From Candidatus Nanoarchaeia archaeon (lineage in GTDB: Archaea > Nanobdellota > Nanobdellia > SCGC-AAA011-G17 > JACPNG01), in NCBI GenBank assembly GCA_028714095.1, contig JAQTMY010000002.1, positions 14,636 through 78,635 on the forward strand: a stretch of 64,000 nucleotides of DNA, written 5' to 3'. The notes beneath the pieces are model-generated. The model searched no databases. It saw only the letters and a program-made list of their open reading frames with translations, and had not been told where the DNA came from. Below, in pieces: positions 58,201 to 64,000 of this stretch; position 1 is the first letter of the stretch; every line of letters starts with the position of its first letter. The position numbers were made by a program, and so were the translations under genes.

Positions 58201-58709
58201 ACTCCTATTCCAGAAACCTCTTCGATAATTTCCCTTCTTTGCTCAGGTCTCATCTCCATAAACCTTATTATGTCCCCCTGTAAAACAATATTATGTCCAT
58301 CAGGATCTATCCTTGCATGGCTAAGTATATCCAGAACCTGTTGTCTTGTAACAACATCATCCATTATTCTGTATACGGAGTTTCCGTTTGGTTTAACCAC
58401 CCTTGTTATGGTTATTTCCTTTTCCTTTAATGGAAAGATTTTATTTGAGTTATCAAACACAATCGAGACCTCTGCCTCTTTTGAGGGGCTTCCCTTTTTG
58501 CCCCCATTATAGATTAGATGTGAGGACTTCTCAGCTCTCATCCCTTTTGCAGAGCTCTTACCAAGAACAAAACATAAAGCATCAACAATGTTGCTTTTAC
58601 CAGAACCGTTTGGACCAAGAATACAGTTGAATTTTTCTCCGAAAGGAATCTCTGTTTTTTTAGCAAAAGACTTGAATCCGTGTGCAGTCATGGATTTTAT
58701 TAGTGTCAT
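55290..58709 (-). CDS. smc: Chromosome segregation protein SMC
   Basis: GFKSF, GPNGSGKSN, hinge (GVHGVV...VTLEGD..GAMVGG), LSGGEK, LLDEVDAALD. Confidence 0.97.
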   Translation of the reverse strand: MTLIKSMTAHGFKSFAKKTEIPFGEKFNCILGPNGSGKSNIVDALCFVLGKSSAKGMRAEKSSHLIYNGGKKGSPSKEAEVSIVFDNSNKIFPLKEKEITITRVVKPNGNSVYRIMDDVVTRQQVLDILSHARIDPDGHNIVLQGDIIRFMEMRPEQRREIIEEVSGIGVYEEKKQKSLLELNRVEEKLNEAKIILHEKEINLRELKKDRDQALKYKELEGNIQRNKATYLHMQIKEKEEKKEDIDKKLKSNQDEMESIRKKILELKTEVESKKQEIENINKHIEEKGEIEQKRLHSDIEDLKISLTKDRSRKEVCESEVTKINNRKTQLVKNIKDIEEKIDELRKNKISLEKQKNLLKTDEEKVKKELAQVKSKLTGVGNLEEVEKNFDRVLVDIELLKDRQQQLLRKKDNIDYQKTMLNADESKESLINILDLKKSFKQITIDLTKELNESSKINSQLAKARENLVNSNNDLARLNARQITQCAFSQQSLAIKNILDLKKKGVHGVVSDLGEVDPKYNQALSVAAGPRLNSIVVDDDKIAQECIEHLKKIKAGVVTFFPLNKIQGNQITNTHKQFVNNNGVVGFAIDLVKFNQKYKDIFSYTFGSTLVVDNLNNARKIGVGEIRMVTLEGDLVESSGAMVGGYRKPSGAFKERDLSNDITKIEETINRLKETVTLLDQKRVENENKIYELKNTKSGLEADIIKLEKLTGGKDLDEIGQKQKQIIQDFNLTIKEIAEIEGKIKIKSQELEKLKEQKTIIIEKTKNLKETEQINELESKKEEITSKILKINADIEGFDVQIKDIYLREKEKIQKIIIDSGKELESFKTEIEELNKKLSDGAGALKEKEKTEKEFYNTFRNLFNKRNMIDQVINKKEGFLLREEEKIKGIEFRINNINIDRAKIVAELESINQEFVQYTDISLRKGVEIEELKFEIKKFEGLMSQLGNINMRALEVYDKVNEEYEKIMEKAEVLKSEKEDIFTLMQEIEGKKKSLFMKTYKALAENFKRIFASLSTKGEAHLEIEDEENIFESGVQIKVKLAGNKFMDLKSLSGGEKTLTALSFIFAIQEYSPASFYLLDEVDAALDKRNSTLLSKLIAKYAGNAQYIVVSHNDSIITEADRLYGVSMQEGVTKIVSLKV

Positions 58710-58780
58710 TTATTAACAAAGTTAAATTTTTATTTATAAACTTATTGCTTTTCTATTCTATTTTATATAGGTTATATCAT

Positions 58781-59428
58781 CTAGAACTCATCAAGGCTTT
58801 TTTGCTCTTTTTTGTTATTATGGTTTTTCCATGTTGCCCAGGTTCTCCTGAATATTTCTGGATGTTTCTCAAAATTCTTTTCCACATATTTTTGTGTTAT
58901 TGGATTTGAGCTGTATCCAGGTCCAAAATCCCCATATTTTTTCTTTAGCTCTTTAACAATGTCTTCCCTTGTTTCCTTAGCAATAATAGAAGCAGCACCA
59001 ACAATAAGATGATTGACATCTGCCTTATGCTCACAATGCAATGGCATCGCTTTATCATTAAGGTGTTTTCTCACATAATCCTCATAAGCCCTTACATTTG
59101 GAGAAGGACAATCCAGTATTACTTTTTCAGGTTTCATAAAGTTAATAATTTCAGCAGATTTTATTGCTTCTAACCAGTTTAGGTTTAGGTTATCTGATTC
59201 CAAAACCTCATCAATTTCTTTTGGCTCAACAATAACTATTTTGCTTGTTGTAATTTCCTGAATTTTTTTAAGTATTTGTTCTCTCCTCTTACTTGTTAAT
59301 AGCTTAGAGTCCTTAACTCCAATCTTTTTTAGTTCATCTAGTTTAGATTCATCAATCATACATCCTGCTATTATTAATGGACCGATTACCGGACCCCTTC
59401 CAGCTTCATCAATACCTAAAACATTCAT
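58781..59428 (-). CDS. rnhB: Ribonuclease HII
   Basis: GIDEAGRGPVIGP, DSK, HKAD, AASIIAK. Start moved to MNVLG. Confidence 0.96.
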   Translation of the reverse strand: MNVLGIDEAGRGPVIGPLIIAGCMIDESKLDELKKIGVKDSKLLTSKRREQILKKIQEITTSKIVIVEPKEIDEVLESDNLNLNWLEAIKSAEIINFMKPEKVILDCPSPNVRAYEDYVRKHLNDKAMPLHCEHKADVNHLIVGAASIIAKETREDIVKELKKKYGDFGPGYSSNPITQKYVEKNFEKHPEIFRRTWATWKNHNNKKEQKSLDEF

Positions 59429-59526
59429 AAAATCCCTTAGAAAAGGCTTATTTATAAACATTCCGAGATACCCTAAAATATTTTCAGCTATGTTTTGCTT
59501 ATCTTATTTAAGCTATTTTTTTAGTT

Positions 59527-60015
59527 ATGATTATGAAAATATTGAAAAAAGCCGGTTTATATCTTACTTTGTTATCTCTCCCTTATTTGGTTGGCTGTTC
59601 AAATTTAGAAGATAAGAGACAAGATGTTCTGAAAGAATTTAAGGAAAGTCCAAGGTACTATGAAAGAGACATAGATTCATTGATTAATGAATTATATAAG
59701 ATAAAAATCCAGGCAAATAAAGGGCATAATGTTAAGCCAGGATATGTAAACCCAAGCGATTTGTCTTTTATATATTCTAAATCCGGAGAAGGAGATTACT
59801 TAATGATAAGAAATTCTAATACAAACGAAACTCTAGAGTTAAGGTATATTGATGGTACAACTCAATTGGGGAATTTTAAGCATAGGCTTAGTGGTCTTAA
59901 AAAAGAAATCTCAAGGAAATTGTTTGATAATTCAGAGAGCCTACTGACTAAAATTGATAAGATAAGCGGAGAGGGAAAAAATCTTTTGTTTATTTTAGAT
60001 AATGGAGGTTTTTGA
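59527..60015 (+). CDS. Putative lipoprotein
   Basis: Basic N-region, hydrophobic stretch, lipobox LVG|C. Confidence 0.65.
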   Translation: MIMKILKKAGLYLTLLSLPYLVGCSNLEDKRQDVLKEFKESPRYYERDIDSLINELYKIKIQANKGHNVKPGYVNPSDLSFIYSKSGEGDYLMIRNSNTNETLELRYIDGTTQLGNFKHRLSGLKKEISRKLFDNSESLLTKIDKISGEGKNLLFILDNGGF

Positions 60016-60016
60016 A

Positions 60017-60214
60017 ATGAGCAAACTAGGAAAAATCATAAAGTATGGAATTGCAATGGGCTTGGCCTTTAAGATGGGTTCCTGTTATGGAGAATATAGG
60101 GCAGTTAAGGAATATAGGATGAGAGAACAAAGTAATGTTGTTGGAGCGCTTTTAGACAATTCAAATAAACTTGAATTAAAACTAAAGGATTATGATATTG
60201 TAAAAAGAAGTTGA
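60017..60214 (+). CDS. Small hypothetical membrane-associated protein
   Basis: GGAGG SD; hydrophobic N-terminus ending MGSC. Confidence 0.6.
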   Translation: MSKLGKIIKYGIAMGLAFKMGSCYGEYRAVKEYRMREQSNVVGALLDNSNKLELKLKDYDIVKRS

Positions 60215-60219
60215 AAGAA

Positions 60220-60322
60220 TAGCGGGAGGTGGATTTGAATTCGGCAGTAGCTCTTTCCTCACTACTTCCACCGACCTCCGGGTTATGGGCCCGACGAGCA
60301 CTCCTAGCTGCTCCATCCCGCT
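60220..60322 (-). tRNA. Initiator tRNA-Met(CAT) with 28-nt intron at position 53/54 (60240-60267)
   Basis: A1:U72, AGCGGGA/TCCCGCT, GGG/CCC in the anticodon stem. Removing 60240-60267 restores GGTGG-TTCAAAT-CCACC. Confidence 0.92.
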
Positions 60323-60477
60323 AGGATTTAAGAGAAAACAGCGGTTTTTAAAGGTTTTGAAAGAGTTTGACCTAAAAACCTTCAGGAAGGCTTTATTTTC
60401 TAGGTTCTATAATTGTAATTATTATTAAGTAGTTACAAATAGAAAGATTTTTAAACTAAGTCTCTCATTCTCACTAT

Positions 60478-61413
60478 ATGGAAAATAGTAATTTTAGAAA
60501 GGAAACTCTGGATTTTTTTCTAGAACAAGCCCCAATTATGGGGGATATTGCATTAAAGTATTTTGGTAATCTTCAACCTTCTGATGTTGAGTATAAATCC
60601 ACAGAACAAAGGGACCCAGTAACCATCGCTGATAAAGAAATTAGTAGAGCTATTGTCTCTAAAATAAAAGAAAGATTCAGTGATAAATTCTTGCTTTTAA
60701 CTGAGGAAACTGTAGAAGATTTTAATAAAAATTTATTAGAGATCAATAAACCTATAATTATTGTTGATGAGTTGGATTCAACAGGTAACTTTAAAGGAGG
60801 AAACCCAGAATTTAGTGTTCTTTTTGGACTAGCTGAAAATAATGTTAATAGATATGAGATGACTGTTGGTCTTGTTTATAAACCAGTGACAGGAGAATTT
60901 TATTTTGCTACAACTGATTCAGATGCAACCCATCAAAATAAAGAAGGGTTACAAACCAAATTATCTGTTTCAAATAGACATCATATAATAACCAATGCAT
61001 CTCCTGTTAATGTTGCAATAAATCAAAAACGATTCCCAGAAAGATATCAAGATTGTCCAACCGCGCATTTTGAAGTTATAGAAGCCATGCAAGAATTTAG
61101 AAATAAAAATAGGGACCAAGTTGCTAAAAATCTTAAGCTTTCTGCCGGTTTAGAAATTATGGATGTTGCAAGAGGGAAGGTAGATATTTATTTGTGCCCA
61201 AATGCGGGTAACTGGGACTATGCTACAGGTTCGTTGATTCTTAGACAGGCAGGAGGAAAAACATATCTTGCGAAAAACTTAGAGATGTTAATTAATCCAA
61301 CAGAATGGAGCTTACAATTGGAAAAACCCGGAGAATATTACCCTATCATTTTCACAAATGGTTCAATAGATCAAGAATTTTTTAAGTATATGGGGGAAAT
61401 TATCAAAAAATGA
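60478..61413 (+). CDS. Inositol monophosphatase family protein
   Basis: DPVTIAD, LTEE, IVDELDSTGNF, WDYATG.LI...AGG. Confidence 0.85.
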   Translation: MENSNFRKETLDFFLEQAPIMGDIALKYFGNLQPSDVEYKSTEQRDPVTIADKEISRAIVSKIKERFSDKFLLLTEETVEDFNKNLLEINKPIIIVDELDSTGNFKGGNPEFSVLFGLAENNVNRYEMTVGLVYKPVTGEFYFATTDSDATHQNKEGLQTKLSVSNRHHIITNASPVNVAINQKRFPERYQDCPTAHFEVIEAMQEFRNKNRDQVAKNLKLSAGLEIMDVARGKVDIYLCPNAGNWDYATGSLILRQAGGKTYLAKNLEMLINPTEWSLQLEKPGEYYPIIFTNGSIDQEFFKYMGEIIKK

Positions 61414-62360
61414 ATCTTGATAAGAAAGATATTGAAAACTTAATTAGGAGTTATCCTATTGGTAAGCTAATTAGCTTCGAAGGGATAAATACTGGTTTTA
61501 TGAATTATAGTTATATTCTTACAACAGATAAAGGAAAATTTGTTTTAAGGATAGGAAAGAAAACAAAAAAACAGGAGGATATTTTATTTGAGATAAACTT
61601 ACTTAATTCTTTAGAGAACTCGCCTGTTCCAAAGTATGTCAGAGACCTAAAAAGGAATTACGTTAACCAATCTATGGGACATAATTATGCAGTCTATAAA
61701 TATCTAGATGGAAATATGCCTAAAAGAATATCAAACAAGGTCTTTAAACAGTTAGCTTACTTTTTAGCAAAGTTTCATAATCAAACAAAAAACTTTGATC
61801 TCAGCCAAAATAGGTTTGCTTGGTATACTTTTTCAGATGAAAGAGCAAATGAATTTGAAAAATATTTAATTAAAATTTTAAATCCATACAGCCCCGAAAT
61901 TTATTATATAAAAGAAAGGTTATTAGAAAATAGATTGCCAAAAGAATTGCCTCATGGACCAATCCATTGCGATGTAAAAAGACACAATATCCTTGCAGTC
62001 AAAGGTAAATTAACAGGGGTAGTTGATTTTGATAACTGTCAAATTGGGCCATATCTTTTAGATCTGGCCATCAGTATTAACTGGTTCTGCACAGACAAAA
62101 ACGGGTTAGATTATAGAAAGACCAGAAAGTTTGTAAAATACTATGAGAAATTCAGAAAGCTGGGCAATCTCGAGAGAAAATACCTTTTCCAGGCAATAAA
62201 ATATGCTTATCTTAGCCACGAATTTGTAGATTACTATGTTTATGCTAAGGGGATTATTAGTGAAGGGTACTTCCATTTTGGAAGAAGATTTTTCCTAAAT
62301 GCAGCAATAAAAATGGATAAAGATAAATTTTCCAAATGTATGAATTCTCCATGGTTTTGA
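61410..62360 (+). CDS. Phosphotransferase (type II homoserine kinase/APH family)
   Basis: G..NYSY, FVLR, LAKFH, IHCD...N, VDFD, DLA. Confidence 0.85.
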   Translation: MNLDKKDIENLIRSYPIGKLISFEGINTGFMNYSYILTTDKGKFVLRIGKKTKKQEDILFEINLLNSLENSPVPKYVRDLKRNYVNQSMGHNYAVYKYLDGNMPKRISNKVFKQLAYFLAKFHNQTKNFDLSQNRFAWYTFSDERANEFEKYLIKILNPYSPEIYYIKERLLENRLPKELPHGPIHCDVKRHNILAVKGKLTGVVDFDNCQIGPYLLDLAISINWFCTDKNGLDYRKTRKFVKYYEKFRKLGNLERKYLFQAIKYAYLSHEFVDYYVYAKGIISEGYFHFGRRFFLNAAIKMDKDKFSKCMNSPWF

Positions 62361-62398
62361 ATCAAAAATCTTAAATAATTCTAATCTTTAATAAATTT

Positions 62399-62626
62399 AT
62401 GTCAGGTCCTGGTTTAGGTAAGAAATTATTAAAAGGAGTCAAGGTTTATATCCATGAAAAAGGAAAATCTAACGCTTCTGTCACTCATCTAGATATTGAA
62501 AGTCCCGATATTACTAGAATAATAAAGGAAAATGAAATAACTTTTGTTAAGGGCAAATCCGGAGGAATTTTTATAGCTCTAAAAAAACCAATGATTAAAA
62601 GAGCAGAGAGATTGATTAAAAAATGA
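62399..62626 (+). CDS. Small hypothetical protein
   Basis: 75-aa ORF after a TATA-like element, ATGA-coupled to the next gene. Confidence 0.7.
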   Translation: MSGPGLGKKLLKGVKVYIHEKGKSNASVTHLDIESPDITRIIKENEITFVKGKSGGIFIALKKPMIKRAERLIKK

Positions 62627-63300
62627 ACAATAAAACAAAAATAATCGGATGTTTGATACTAATTGCATTAATGGTAGTGTTTGGGATATTTCTATATGAT
62701 AAACTTCCTGACAAAGTACCAAGTCATTTTAATGCAAAAGGAGAAGTTGATGGTTATTCATCGAGAACAGCATCTATTATTATGATGCCAATATTAACTC
62801 TGGTTCTTCTTGGGTTTTTTCTTTTAATCCCAAAAATTGAAGTCTTTAAGGAAAATCTTAAGAGTTTTATCAAGCAGTATTATGGTTTTATTATTGTTTT
62901 TACCCTGTTTATGTTTATTCTGCATATAACCCTCCTGCTAAGAGCCATAGGTTACAATATTAACATGGCTGATTTCATTACTTTTCTGATTGCCTTGTTA
63001 TTTGGTTATATTGGCCTTATTATGCAGAAATTCAAAAGAAACTTTTTTGTTGGGATAAGAACTCCATGGACCTTGTCAAATGATGTAGTATGGAAAAAAA
63101 CCCACGAGTTAGGCTCTAAAACTTTTGTTATAAATTCTTTGATTCTTCTACTGTCCTTATTCCTGTCTTCTGGGTTGGCTATGTGGGTATTAATTGTATC
63201 TGTTCTTCTGAATGTCATTATTTTGGTTGTTTATTCCTATGTAATTTATGATAAAGAAATTAAAACGCTTAAGAGTAGTAAACCTTATAAACAAAGCTAA
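62623..63300 (+). CDS. DUF1648/SdpI family membrane protein
   Basis: LPDKVPSHFNAKGEVDG, NFFVGIRTPWTL...WKKTH. Confidence 0.9.
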   Translation: MNNKTKIIGCLILIALMVVFGIFLYDKLPDKVPSHFNAKGEVDGYSSRTASIIMMPILTLVLLGFFLLIPKIEVFKENLKSFIKQYYGFIIVFTLFMFILHITLLLRAIGYNINMADFITFLIALLFGYIGLIMQKFKRNFFVGIRTPWTLSNDVVWKKTHELGSKTFVINSLILLLSLFLSSGLAMWVLIVSVLLNVIILVVYSYVIYDKEIKTLKSSKPYKQS

Positions 63301-63317
63301 GGTTGTTTTCCTTTATT

Positions 63318-63401
63318 GCCGGGATCGCATAACCTGGTATTGCGCAGGTTTGCTAAACCTGTTTCCGTAAGGATATCTGGGTTCAAATCCCAGTCCCGGC
63401 G
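63318..63401 (+). tRNA. tRNA-Ser(GCT)
   Basis: GCCGGGA/TCCCGGC-G, anticodon arm CAGGT-TTGCTAA-ACCTG, long variable arm. Confidence 0.95.
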
Positions 63402-63442
63402 TAATTAAAAAACTATAAAAAGAAGGTTACTATCTAAATTTA

Positions 63443-63928
63443 ATGAAACTCTTGGTTAGGGAGATGAAAGAAAAAGATATCCCTCTAATCTCTAAAATTT
63501 ATAGTGAATGTTTCCCAATTGATTGTACTTCTAAAAAAGATTATTTAACTTGGATAAAATGTAACTATCAAGCAAAACCGCGGTTTGTTTATTATATTGC
63601 AGAATTAAATAAAGAGCTTATAGGGTATATCCTATGGATAGAGCTTGGAGGTTTTAGAAAAGAGGCAGTGATTGAACTTGAACAAATTGGGGTTTCTGAG
63701 AAAATGCGTGGAAAAGGAATTGGAACAATTTTAATAAAAAAGAGCCTAGACCTGTTTGTTAAGGATTATATAAGACCCAGGAAAATAGAACTTATAAAAC
63801 TTACAACCAGTAATAGGAATCAGGCCCAGAATCTTTATAGAAAAGTATTGGGTGCTGAACCCGAATGTGTAATGAAAGGCATCTTCGGTGGGGATGAACT
63901 TATAATGTTTACCAGAAAATACAAATAG
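63443..63928 (+). CDS. GNAT family acetyltransferase
   Basis: LEQIGVSEKMRGKGIG, N.AQNLY. Confidence 0.9.
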   Translation: MKLLVREMKEKDIPLISKIYSECFPIDCTSKKDYLTWIKCNYQAKPRFVYYIAELNKELIGYILWIELGGFRKEAVIELEQIGVSEKMRGKGIGTILIKKSLDLFVKDYIRPRKIELIKLTTSNRNQAQNLYRKVLGAEPECVMKGIFGGDELIMFTRKYK

Positions 63929-63970
63929 CCAAAACAACCTTTAAAAACAATAAAATTCCCTTAATTCTAT

Positions 63971-64000
63971 GCCGAGGTGGCACAATGGTACTGCGCAAGT
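63971..64000 (+). tRNA. 5' fragment of a tRNA (possibly Ser), truncated by the window end
   Basis: GCCGAGGTGGCACAATGGTACTGCG acceptor and D arm; anticodon lies outside the window. Confidence 0.65.

Noticed and set aside
55290-58709. SMC as a Wadjet/MksB or Rad50 defence ATPase
   Set aside because: Canonical hinge and condensin motifs, no zinc hook, and no jetABD or mre11 neighbours.
55510-58909. Many short plus-strand ORFs inside smc, and similar antisense ORFs inside other long genes
   Set aside because: Overlap well-supported genes on the other strand, are low-complexity (F/S/L/I-rich) and carry no motifs.

Overview
AT-rich, gene-dense chromosomal window from an archaeon, most likely a DPANN lineage such as Woesearchaeota (the taxon is inferred). 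Archaeal signs are Rli1/ABCE1, deoxyhypusine synthase, TrmB regulators, class III signal-peptide pilins, TATA boxes about 22 nt before leaderless ATGs, tRNAs without encoded CCA, and an intron-containing initiator tRNA. Bacterial-type genes (nrdR, lgt, ribA, Zn-lid adk, glyA, purB) are mixed in. Housekeeping content: type IV pilus ATPase (partial) and five pilins, two adenylate kinases, a dNTP/thymidylate block (glyA-thyX-tmk divergent from nrdR-nrdD-dut-nrdG) with tandem NrdR boxes, smc, rnhB, surface/S-layer proteins, and six complete tRNAs plus one partial. The best candidate for an undescribed system is a tightly coupled minus-strand operon at 38932-42218. It encodes a probable ubiquitin-like protein (GLG plus a 9-aa tail), a coiled-coil protein with an E2-type HPxV...IC motif, and an E1 with tandem inactive and active adenylation domains and a candidate catalytic Cys. 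Other leads: a membrane-anchored Cys/His wHTH sensor with direct repeats upstream of a metallothionein-like peptide; a TrmB-divergent RibA plus LOG-methyltransferase pair; an outer-membrane beta-barrel-like gene in an archaeon; a leaderless uORF/hairpin ahead of the DHS-decarboxylase operon; and a T-arm intron plus C33 in tRNA-iMet. All calls come from motif recognition by eye; no searches were run.
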